In this document: positions 11,801-19,945 of the stretch, piece by piece
How the letters are laid out: every line of letters begins with the position of its first letter
How positions within the stretch are numbered: the first letter of the stretch is position 1
Origin: Vicinamibacteria bacterium
GTDB lineage: Bacteria; Acidobacteriota; Vicinamibacteria; Marinacidobacterales; Marinacidobacteraceae
DNA length: 64,000 bases
Assembly (NCBI GenBank): GCA_965199715.1
Contig: OZ241322.1
Span: 2,144,001 to 2,208,000, forward strand
Direction of reading: 5' to 3'
Position numbers and translations under genes: made by a program
The notes under the pieces: generated by a model
Databases searched by the model: none
What the model saw: the letters and a program-made list of their open reading frames with translations, nothing else
What the model was told of the DNA's origin: nothing

Positions 11801-12256
11801 CTAGGGTTTGAGGACGACCCACAGGGCGCCCTCGCCGCCGTGCCTGCGGTCCGTCGCCTCCCACGTCTCGACGAGATCGCTCCACTCGCCGAGCCACTCG
11901 GGGACCCGTTCGCGGAGAACGGCCCGGCCCCCGGGAGAGTTGCGGCCCTTGCCGTGGATCACCTTGACCACCCGGCGTCCCCGCCGGCGGCAGTCGCGCA
12001 GGAACGACTCGAGCTTGCCTCGCGCCTTGGCCTGGGTCATCTGGCGCACCGAGACGTCGGGAACGTCCTCGCCGGCGCGGGCGTCGCGGAGCAGCTTCCT
12101 CCTGGGCCGGGGTCGTGGTTGCGGCTCGACCCGACCGATGTCGGGCAACGTCTCGAACGTCCGGCGGAACTGGTCCGCGTCGTCCGGCTCGGCGGCGCGC
12201 TCGCCGTCAACGTATCTGCGGAACTCGGCCCGCTCGGCTTCGGTGATGCGCCCCAT
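11801..12256 (-). CDS. Smr (small MutS-related) domain protein
   Basis: VKVIHGKG, VLRERVPEWL, HGGEGALWV. Confidence 0.8.
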   Translation of the reverse strand: MGRITEAERAEFRRYVDGERAAEPDDADQFRRTFETLPDIGRVEPQPRPRPRRKLLRDARAGEDVPDVSVRQMTQAKARGKLESFLRDCRRRGRRVVKVIHGKGRNSPGGRAVLRERVPEWLGEWSDLVETWEATDRRHGGEGALWVVLKP

Positions 12257-12302
12257 GGCCCCCGAATTATTCCTGCTAGCATCCGGGAACGGCCCGATTC
12301 GC

Positions 12303-13589
12303 ATGCTCCGAGCGCTCGTTCTGTCCCTCCTCGTCGCGGCCCCGGCGGCCGCCCAGTACGGCTACTTTCCCGAGGCGCCCGAGGCGGTCTCGGTGGACGA
12401 CCTCGCCCGCACCCCCGGCCGGTTCCACGAACGCGCGGTCCTCGTGCGCGGACGGCTCGGGTTCGGCTTCAGCAACGACGTCCGGGTGCACGTGCTGGAG
12501 GATCCCGACCGTTTCGCCAGCGAGATCATGATGGCCGAGCCCTACATGGCCGGCAACCAGCTCCAGTTCATGGCCGCGTCGGAGCTGGAGGTGGAGGGGT
12601 GGTTCTTCTCCACCCGGATGCTCGACGAGTACACGCTCCGCTCCCACCCGATCCTGCGCAACTACCCGTTCGATCCCTCGTGGCTCAACGGCATGGACAT
12701 GCGCACCGAGGGGTTCCTCGCCGTGGTTTCGGTCTCGACGATCGCGGAGACGAAGGACATCGCCGACGAGCGGGCGAAGGAGGCCCGCGCCGAGATGGAG
12801 ATCGGCGACGCGGTCAAGATCGAGCCCGGAAGCGTCGCCGCGGTCTCGCTGGACGACCTGCTCGCCACGCCGGCCCCGTACCTCGGCCACCGGATCGAGG
12901 TCGTCGGCAAGTTCCGCGGGAACAACCTGTTCGGCGATCTCTCGATCCAGGACAAACGGACGCCCCGCGACTTCGTCATCAAGGTCGCCGACGACGCGAT
13001 CTGGGTCACCGGGATGCGCCCGGCGGGGAGCGGGTTCCGCCTCGATCCGAAGCGCCGCCGCGACACCGGCGAGTGGATGCGGGTGTTCGGCCGGCCGTGG
13101 ATGGCCGACGGCATGGTGTACCTGCGCGCCGAACGGCTCGAGCTCGCCGACGACCCCGGGGATCCCGAGCTGGAGCCGGTCGATCTCCGGGTCGCCGAGG
13201 ACAAGGCCCGCGAGGAAATCGTCGAGCCGCTGCGGGTGGTGTTCTCGCTCCCGCTCGACGGCGAGCGCGCGATCCCGCTGGACAGCCAGTTCCGGATCCA
13301 GTTCTCGAACCGCATGGATCCCGCTTCCTTCAACGCCTCGGTAGACCTTCTCTACGAGAACGACTGGGACGCGAACCCGTTTCCCGACCTCGAGGTGACC
13401 TACGACCCGGCGAGCCGCTCGATGCTGGTCACGCCGAACGCCGTCCTCGAGCCGGACCGGGACATCCATCTCCTGCTGTACCGCGAGATCCGCGACGAGC
13501 ACGGCCAGACGCTGCCCGAAGACGGAATGGCCTCCGATTGGGACGAGCAGGCGGTGCGCGTGTTGACCTTCCGGACCGCTTCGTCTTGA
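12303..13589 (+). CDS. Exported hypothetical protein with internal repeat and C-terminal Ig-like (Big_5-like) domain
   Basis: Signal peptide MLRALVLSLLVAAPAAAQ; repeated VSxDDL..TP..(F/Y); SLPLDGE..IQFSNRMD. Confidence 0.65.
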   Translation: MLRALVLSLLVAAPAAAQYGYFPEAPEAVSVDDLARTPGRFHERAVLVRGRLGFGFSNDVRVHVLEDPDRFASEIMMAEPYMAGNQLQFMAASELEVEGWFFSTRMLDEYTLRSHPILRNYPFDPSWLNGMDMRTEGFLAVVSVSTIAETKDIADERAKEARAEMEIGDAVKIEPGSVAAVSLDDLLATPAPYLGHRIEVVGKFRGNNLFGDLSIQDKRTPRDFVIKVADDAIWVTGMRPAGSGFRLDPKRRRDTGEWMRVFGRPWMADGMVYLRAERLELADDPGDPELEPVDLRVAEDKAREEIVEPLRVVFSLPLDGERAIPLDSQFRIQFSNRMDPASFNASVDLLYENDWDANPFPDLEVTYDPASRSMLVTPNAVLEPDRDIHLLLYREIRDEHGQTLPEDGMASDWDEQAVRVLTFRTASS

Positions 13590-14365
13590 GTCGGGCGCCG
13601 GTCGCGCTCACCGTCGCCGGGTCGGACTCCGGCGGCGGCGCCGGGGTGCAGGGCGACCTGAAGACCTTCGCCGCGCACCGCGTCTACGGCGTGACGGCGA
13701 TCACCGCGGTCACGGCCCAGAACACGGTCGCCGTCACCGGTGTCGCCGAGATCGATCCCGACCTCGTCCGCGAGCAGATCCGGGCGGTCCGCGAGGATTT
13801 CCCGATCGCGGCGGCGAAGACCGGCATGCTGGGTTCGGCGGCCATCGTCGAGGCCGTGGCGGAATCGGTCGCCGGGCTCCCGCTGGTCGTGGACCCGGTC
13901 ATGGTGGCGAAGAGCGGCGACCGGCTCCTGCGCCGGGACGCCGTCGAGGCGCTGCGGGAACGGCTCGTGCCGGGGGCCGCGCTGCTTACCCCCAACCTGC
14001 CCGAAGCCGAGGACCTGGTCGGCTTCCCCGTGCGCGACGAGGCCGCGATGCGCCGCGCCGGGAGCCGGCTTCTCGAAATGGGGCCGTCCGCGGTGCTCGT
14101 CAAGGGCGGGCACCTCCCCGGCGACGACGTGACGGACATGCTGTTTGACGGGAGCGACGCGACGGTCTTCCGTTCGCCCCGGATCCGCACCCGCTCGACC
14201 CACGGGACCGGCTGCGCGCTCTCGGCGGCGATCGCGGCGAATCTCGCCGCCGGCCTCGGCCTTCCCGAAGCGGTCGCCCGGGGCCGCGAGTACCTGCGCG
14301 AGGCCATGCGCCGCGCGGTCCCGCTCGGACGCGGCCACGGCCCGCTCGCCCACCTTCCCGGCTGA
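13586..14365 (+). CDS. thiD: Hydroxymethylpyrimidine/phosphomethylpyrimidine kinase
   Basis: LTVAGSDSGGGAGVQGDLKT, TAQNT, VDPVM, TPNLPEA, HGTGC; TTG start overlapping the previous stop. Confidence 0.93.
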   Translation: MSRAPVALTVAGSDSGGGAGVQGDLKTFAAHRVYGVTAITAVTAQNTVAVTGVAEIDPDLVREQIRAVREDFPIAAAKTGMLGSAAIVEAVAESVAGLPLVVDPVMVAKSGDRLLRRDAVEALRERLVPGAALLTPNLPEAEDLVGFPVRDEAAMRRAGSRLLEMGPSAVLVKGGHLPGDDVTDMLFDGSDATVFRSPRIRTRSTHGTGCALSAAIAANLAAGLGLPEAVARGREYLREAMRRAVPLGRGHGPLAHLPG

Positions 14366-14366
14366 C

Positions 14367-14798
14367 GTGGACGCCTTCCTCCTCACCGAGCGCCCGCTCG
14401 ACGCGCAAGCGGTCAGCGACGGTCTCGTCACCCCGGCGGACGGGGCGCTCGTCGTGTTCTCCGGCGTCGTCCGGGAGCGGAACCGGGGCCGGAACGTGCT
14501 CTTCCTCGAGTACGAGGCGTTCCCCGAGATGGCGGTTCCGGTGCTGGAGCAGGTAGCCCGCGAGATCGCCGAGCGTTTCGAGGTGACCCGCCTGCGCGTC
14601 CACCACCGGATCGGCCGGGTCGAGATCCGCGAGACCAGCGTCGTGGTCGCGGCCGCCTCCCGGCACCGGGGCCACGCCTTCCGGGCGGCGCAGCACATGA
14701 TGAACGAGCTCAAGCGCGTCGTCCCGATCTGGAAGCGCGAGCACTTCGAGGGGGGCGACGTCTGGGTCGAGGGGCCGAAGGCGCCGATCACCGAGTGA
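14367..14798 (+). CDS. moaE: Molybdopterin synthase catalytic subunit
   Basis: FSGVVR, LEYEA, HRIG, HR..AF, VPIWKRE. Confidence 0.92.
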   Translation: MDAFLLTERPLDAQAVSDGLVTPADGALVVFSGVVRERNRGRNVLFLEYEAFPEMAVPVLEQVAREIAERFEVTRLRVHHRIGRVEIRETSVVVAAASRHRGHAFRAAQHMMNELKRVVPIWKREHFEGGDVWVEGPKAPITE

Positions 14799-15037
14799 TC
14801 GAGGTCCGGTTCTTCGCCGCCGCCCGCGAGGCCGCGGGCGCTTCGCGGCTCGAGCTCCCCTGGCGGGACAGCGTGACCGCGCTCGAGGTCTGGTCCGGGC
14901 TGATGCGCGACCGCCCGGCGCTGCGGGCGCTCGACGCCTCGGTGAGCATGGCGGTGAACCGCCGCCACGTTCCCCGGGAGACGCCGCTCAAGGACGGCGA
15001 CGAGCTCGCGTTCCTGCCGCCGGTCAGCGGCGGCTGA
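14795..15037 (+). CDS. moaD: Molybdopterin synthase sulfur carrier
   Basis: 80 aa; FFAAARE, AVN, C-terminal PPVSGG. Confidence 0.93.
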   Translation: MIEVRFFAAAREAAGASRLELPWRDSVTALEVWSGLMRDRPALRALDASVSMAVNRRHVPRETPLKDGDELAFLPPVSGG

Positions 15038-16265
15038 GCCGCTCGACCAGCCGCTCCCGCCGCGCCCGGAACCGCTCCCGGAAGTCCGCCGGCAGGCGGG
15101 GAACCCGGTCGAGGCGCTCCTCGGCGTCCTCGACATGCAGCAGCGCGCGGGCGAAGTCGCAGTATTGGTGCTCCTCGATCTTCGCGAGCTCCTCGAGCGC
15201 CTCGATCTGCTCCCGGTGGTCGCCGGGAACGATCTCGGCGAGCCGGGCGGTGGCCGCTTCGATCTCTCCGGCCCGGCGGCGGATGCGCCCCAGCTCCAGC
15301 AGGCAGCGGTTGCGGTGCGTCCCGCCGAGCCCCATGGCGAGCGCCGCCTCGAAGCGCGGGACCGCCCGCTCCGGCTCGCGCCGGTTCAGGAAGTGCCGGC
15401 CCACCCGGAAGAGCTCCTCGGAGTCCTCGCCGCGCCAGTCGTCCCGGCAGAGCTCGACGGCCCCGAGCGAGAGCGCGGCGAGCGTGCGGATGTCGTGGCG
15501 GTTGTGCGAGAGCACGAGGCCCATCGCCGGGTGCCCTCCGGTTCGCAGCGCCTCGAAGAACACCCCCGGAATCTGCGCCCCGGGGATGTCCTCGTCGCGC
15601 TCGACCCCGACGACCTCCCGCTCCAGCGTGGTCAGTTTCGCCCCGTCGTCGCGCCGGAAGATGCGCCTCGCGGTGTGGTACATGTCGAGGTGTCGCATCC
15701 CGGCGAACGGATCGGGCAGCCGGTGCATCGCGAAGCGGGTCTCCAGCAGCGGCATGTCGAAGGCGCGTCCGTTGTAGGTGACGAGGCAGTCGCGATCGCC
15801 CGCCAGCGCCGCGATCGCGTCCAGCATCGCGCGCTCGCCGGCCATCGTCCGCATCAGGAACTGGGTGACCCGGAACGAGTTCCCGCGGATCCGGCCCACG
15901 CCGACGAGAAACGCGTAGGTGCCGGTCCCGCCCGAGAGGCCGGTGGTCTCGGTGTCGAGGAAGAGCGCCCGGCGGAGATCCACCGGCTCCCGGTCCGGAA
16001 CGACGTGCAGCAGCCCCGACTCCGCCTCGCTCACCCCGGCGAGGCCGGCGAGCGTCGAGCGGCCGTAGGGAACCTCGAGCGGAAAGTCGTGGTCGCTCCG
16101 CACCCACGGGTCGCCGGCCGGCGGGCGCGGCGCCGGGCGCTTCCAGCCGGCCTCGGTCCGCTGGACCAGCTTCCGGAGCCGGGCGATGCGGTCGTCGGGC
16201 GGGGACGGCGAAACGACGCGGGGGCGCATGCTCTCGAGGCGCTCCCGCAGCGACTGCTTCGTCAT
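15024..16265 (-). CDS. YprB/MrfB-like DEDD exonuclease (RNase_H_2) with helical-repeat C-terminus
   Basis: LFLDTETTGL, TYNGRAFD, HLDMYH, HNRHDI; coupled to the upstream DUF1998 helicase. Confidence 0.85.
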   Translation of the reverse strand: MTKQSLRERLESMRPRVVSPSPPDDRIARLRKLVQRTEAGWKRPAPRPPAGDPWVRSDHDFPLEVPYGRSTLAGLAGVSEAESGLLHVVPDREPVDLRRALFLDTETTGLSGGTGTYAFLVGVGRIRGNSFRVTQFLMRTMAGERAMLDAIAALAGDRDCLVTYNGRAFDMPLLETRFAMHRLPDPFAGMRHLDMYHTARRIFRRDDGAKLTTLEREVVGVERDEDIPGAQIPGVFFEALRTGGHPAMGLVLSHNRHDIRTLAALSLGAVELCRDDWRGEDSEELFRVGRHFLNRREPERAVPRFEAALAMGLGGTHRNRCLLELGRIRRRAGEIEAATARLAEIVPGDHREQIEALEELAKIEEHQYCDFARALLHVEDAEERLDRVPRLPADFRERFRARRERLVERLSRR

Positions 16266-18526
16266 GCGCCGCCGAGGATGGCGAGCGCGGCCGCCTTGCC
16301 GTTCATCCCGATCTCCTCGGTCGGGCCGACGCACGACGGGCACCCTGAGCGGCACTCGCACCGCTCGATCAGCGCCCTCGTCTCGGCGAGCAGGCGCTCG
16401 CGTTCCTCGAAGATCGGCTCCGAGAACCCGACCCCGCCCGGGTAGTTGTCGTAGATGAAGATGCGCGGCGCGGCGGCGAGCGCGTCCGCCTCCTCGTCGG
16501 TCGAACCCACCGCGACCCCGACGTCGTGGATCTCGCTCATGACGAGCGTGGCGGCCACCGCCCGCATCGCGTTGCGGATCCCGATGATCCCGTCGCGCCG
16601 GTCCTCGGGCCCGAACCCGGTCGCGAGCAGCAGCTCGGACCCCGGATCCAGCCAGAACGCCGTCGTGTGCATCTCGACCGCCGGCATCTCCAGCTCGCCC
16701 GAACCCACGTTCTCGCCGGTGCCGAACTTGATCTTCTTGAAGCCCACCGTCTGCTTCACCACGTGCACCTCGCCGTGGGCGGCGGGGACTCCGGGGCCTT
16801 CGGCGCTCTCCTCCGTGTCCAGCACCGTGACCTTCGTGTTCGTGATCGCGTCGGTGTAGTAGTCGCTCTCGATCGGGCGCACTTCGGCGCGGCGGTTGCG
16901 ATGGTCGAGCCGCTCCACGACGTGGGTCTCGCTCTCGACCATGTGGATGGCCTTCTCGTGGAGCGCGGTGTGGGCGCTCACGAAGTCCACCTCGCCGATG
17001 ATCTGGCCGGTCCGGAGGTTGTGCACGACGAAGTTGTCGGAGCTCACCGATCGCAGGCTGACGCTGCTCGCCGGGTACGAGTCGGCGGTCCAGTGCCACT
17101 GGTCGCCGGACCGGTGAAGCAGCCCCTCCTCCTCGAGCAGCCCGAGGAGTTCGCCCGGATCGTTCCCGAACGCCTCGCCGTCCCGAAACGGCAGCTCGAA
17201 CGCCGCGCACTTGACGTGATCCACGAGGATCGCGAGGTTGTCCGGGTTCACGAGGCCCTGCTCCGGCGCGCCCTCGAAGAACCAGTCGGGGTGCTGGATC
17301 ACGAACTGGTTCGTCGGCGACGAGTTCGCGACGAGCACCGCCGCCGTGGTTCCGCCCCGTCGTCCGGCGCGGCCCGCCTGCTGCCAGGTCGAGGCGATGG
17401 TGCCCGGATACCCGGCCATGACCACCACGTCGAGCCCGCCGATGTCGACGCCGAGCTCCAGCGCGTTCGTGGACACGACGCCCCGCACCTCCCCGCTCTT
17501 GATCCCCCGTTCGATCTCGCGGCGCGTCTTCGGCAGATAGCCGCCGCGGTAGCTGCGGATGCGGCCCTTCTGGTCCGGCTTTCGTTCGAAGTCGTCCTTC
17601 AGGTAGCGGACCAGCACCTCGGCCGCGTTCCGGGAGCGGGCGAACACGATGGACTGGAGGTTCCTTCGCAGGAACTCCCGCGCGATCCGGCGGGTCTCGC
17701 TCCGGTACGAGCGGCGGATTCCCAGTTCGGGGTTGACCACCGGCGGGTTGTAGAAGACGAAGAACCGCTCGGGCCGGGGCGCGCCGCTGCGCGTGACCAG
17801 CTCGACTGGCCGGCCGATGAGGCGCGCGGCCAGGTCGCCCGGGTTCCCGATGGTCGCCGAGCTCAGGATGAACTGCGGTTCGGAGCCGTGGTGGCGGCAG
17901 ACGCGGCGCAACCGGCGGAAGACGTTCGCGAGATGGCTCCCGAACACGCCGCGGTAGGTGTGCATCTCGTCGAGCACGACGTACCGGAGGTTCTCGAAGA
18001 GCTTCGCCCACTTGGTGTGGTGGGGAAGGATCCCGGAGTGGAGCATGTCCGGGTTGGTGAGGGCGACATGGGCGCGGGTGCGGATGGCCCGGCGGGCGTC
18101 GCCCGGCGTGTCGCCGTCGTACACGTCCGCCCGCACGTCGGGGCCGAGCGCGCGGGCGAGCGCGAGGAACGCGCCGCGCTGGTCTCGCGAGAGCGCCTTG
18201 GTGGGGAACAGGTAGAGCGCCCGGGCGTCGGGTTCGCGCAGGATGCGATTGAGGACCGGCAGGTTGTAGCAAAGGGTCTTGCCCGACGCGGTCGGCGTGG
18301 CCGACGCCACGTCCGCCCCGGCCTCCACTCGGTCCACGACCTCGCGCTGATGCGAGTAGAGCCGCTTGACGCCCCGCTCCGCCAGCGCCGACGCGAGCCT
18401 CGGATCGAGCCAGCCGGGAAGGTCGGCGTACTCCGCCGGCTGCGGCGGGAAGTGGGCGATGCGGGTCACCGCCTCCAGCCTGCCCAAGTTCCGAATCGTC
18501 CGGCGGATGCGCTCCTCGGGGGTCAC
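16262..18526 (-). CDS. DEAD/H-box helicase with DUF1998 (MrfA/YprA/Hrq1-like)
   Basis: TPTASGKT, LDEMH, SAT, STNALELGVDIG, QQAGRAGR, C-terminal CECRSGCPSC. Confidence 0.92.
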   Translation of the reverse strand: MTPEERIRRTIRNLGRLEAVTRIAHFPPQPAEYADLPGWLDPRLASALAERGVKRLYSHQREVVDRVEAGADVASATPTASGKTLCYNLPVLNRILREPDARALYLFPTKALSRDQRGAFLALARALGPDVRADVYDGDTPGDARRAIRTRAHVALTNPDMLHSGILPHHTKWAKLFENLRYVVLDEMHTYRGVFGSHLANVFRRLRRVCRHHGSEPQFILSSATIGNPGDLAARLIGRPVELVTRSGAPRPERFFVFYNPPVVNPELGIRRSYRSETRRIAREFLRRNLQSIVFARSRNAAEVLVRYLKDDFERKPDQKGRIRSYRGGYLPKTRREIERGIKSGEVRGVVSTNALELGVDIGGLDVVVMAGYPGTIASTWQQAGRAGRRGGTTAAVLVANSSPTNQFVIQHPDWFFEGAPEQGLVNPDNLAILVDHVKCAAFELPFRDGEAFGNDPGELLGLLEEEGLLHRSGDQWHWTADSYPASSVSLRSVSSDNFVVHNLRTGQIIGEVDFVSAHTALHEKAIHMVESETHVVERLDHRNRRAEVRPIESDYYTDAITNTKVTVLDTEESAEGPGVPAAHGEVHVVKQTVGFKKIKFGTGENVGSGELEMPAVEMHTTAFWLDPGSELLLATGFGPEDRRDGIIGIRNAMRAVAATLVMSEIHDVGVAVGSTDEEADALAAAPRIFIYDNYPGGVGFSEPIFEERERLLAETRALIERCECRSGCPSCVGPTEEIGMNGKAAALAILGGA

Positions 18527-18562
18527 GCCTGAATTATCCCGCCGCGCAACGCCGGAAGCGGG

Positions 18563-18657
18563 CGGAAGCGTGTGGGAATCGAACCCACCATCCCGGGGGC
18601 TAGCCCGGAATCAACGGATTTGAAGTCCGCGGAGGCCGCCAGACCCCATGCGCTTCC
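18563..18657 (-). tRNA. selC: tRNA-Sec (anticodon UCA)
   Basis: Reverse complement GGAAGCG...GGACTTCAAATCC...long variable arm...GTGGGTTCGATTCCCAC...CGCTTCCG; 6-bp D stem. Confidence 0.92.
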
Positions 18658-18667
18658 AGGAGGCCGG

Positions 18668-18740
18668 TGGAGCTGACGGGGATCGAACCCGTGACCTCGT
18701 GAATGCCATTCACGCGCGCTCCCAGTTGCGCCACAGCCCC
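18668..18740 (-). tRNA. tRNA-Ala (anticodon GGC)
   Basis: GGGGCTGTGGCGCAACTGGGAGCGC..GAATGGCATTC..GGTTCGATCCC..CAGCTCCA; G3:U70 pair. Confidence 0.95.
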
Positions 18741-18754
18741 AGTCCGGCGCCCCA

Positions 18755-18760
18755 ATTGTA
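18755..18760 (-). promoter_or_regulatory. Putative -10 element (TACAAT) for the tRNA-Ala/tRNA-Sec pair
   Basis: ATTGTA on + strand, about 14 nt upstream of the tRNA-Ala 5' end. Confidence 0.5.
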
Positions 18761-18763
18761 GCG

Positions 18764-19945
18764 TCAGCTCCAGCGCCGCCGGTGGTAGCTGAGCAGATCC
18801 GGCCCGGCGAGTTCCCGAGTGGAGTTGCTGTGGCGAACGTAGAACACGCGCTTGCCTTCCTTCGTCAGCCACACCGGATCGGGGGAGGCCTCCACCTCGA
18901 GCACGCACAGCACGACTCCCTTGTAGGACTCGAGGCCGATCGTCGTGTTCGCGGCCGCGGCCGGACTGAGCGCCCGGGCGATCTGGGTGGTCAGGTGCTG
19001 CACGTACTTGTCCGCGTCCCAGTTCTTCCGGTCCAGGTCGGCCTGGATGCCGAGCGGCTTGCCGTCGTCGGCGACTCCGAGGATCAGGGTGCCGCCGCGG
19101 GCGTTCAGGAATCCCGCGACCGGCTTCAGGACGCTGGTCTCTAGGAGCGCCTTCTCCGGAAGCTCCTTGCCGTAGCTGTGGATGGCGGAGCTCTTGTACT
19201 CCCGGCGGTGGTCCTCGGGTCCCTCGAGGAGCTCGTCCCGGGCGCGTTGGGCGCTCATCACCTCCGAGGCGACGATCGCGACCGAGAGCGCGATCACCGC
19301 GTATCCGGCCACCGCGAGCGTCGCGTTCAGGAAGTGTCCGGCGGCCGTCGCCGGGGCGAGCGTCGCGTGCCCGGCGGCGGTCATCGTCATGACCGCCCAG
19401 TACATCCCGGTCAGGATGCTGTCGAAGCCGCTGTCGGGGCCCTCGATGAGGTGGATGAGCGTCCCGGCGACCAGCGCCGCGAGCGCCACCGCGACCAGGA
19501 ACGCGAAGATGCGGTAGCGGGCGGCCTCCAGCGCGGTCGTGATCGTCCGGGCGGCCCGGGAGAACCGCCCCAGCGAGAAGACCCGGACGACCCGCAGCAG
19601 GCGCATGCCGCGCAGCACCGCCGACGCCTCCGCTCCGGGGACGAGGAACGCGAGCCACGTCGGCGCGATCGACAGGAGATCGATGAGGCCGAACGCGCTG
19701 AGCGCGTAGCGTCCGGGCTGGCGGTGGCAGACGAGCCGGAGGACGTACTCGACGCTGAAGAGGATCGTGAATCCGATCTCCACGGCCCGCAGCGTCCGGA
19801 CGGCGCCGGGATCGAGTCCGGGAACCGACGCCGCGACCACGACGCCGACGGTCGTCACGATGGCCCCCGCGAGGGCCATGTCGAATCGCTTCGCCGCGCG
19901 GGTGGATTGCCCGAACATCACCGAAAACAGGCGGTCGCGCATCAT
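18764..19945 (-). CDS. Ion_trans (voltage-gated channel-like) domain fused to a C-terminal Schlafen/AlbA_2 domain
   Basis: FTILFSVEYVLRL, GLIDLLSIAP, S4 LRGMRLLRVVRVF, pore helix MYWAVMTMT; then EDHRREYKSS, AGFLNARGGTLILGVADDG, FYVR..STREL. Confidence 0.82.
   Translation of the reverse strand: MMRDRLFSVMFGQSTRAAKRFDMALAGAIVTTVGVVVAASVPGLDPGAVRTLRAVEIGFTILFSVEYVLRLVCHRQPGRYALSAFGLIDLLSIAPTWLAFLVPGAEASAVLRGMRLLRVVRVFSLGRFSRAARTITTALEAARYRIFAFLVAVALAALVAGTLIHLIEGPDSGFDSILTGMYWAVMTMTAAGHATLAPATAAGHFLNATLAVAGYAVIALSVAIVASEVMSAQRARDELLEGPEDHRREYKSSAIHSYGKELPEKALLETSVLKPVAGFLNARGGTLILGVADDGKPLGIQADLDRKNWDADKYVQHLTTQIARALSPAAAANTTIGLESYKGVVLCVLEVEASPDPVWLTKEGKRVFYVRHSNSTRELAGPDLLSYHRRRWS

Noticed and set aside
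18553-18570. CGGAAGCG repeated at the tRNA-Sec 3' end as a possible att scar
   Set aside because: Only 8 bp, adjacent copies, no integrase or cargo; compatible with chance.
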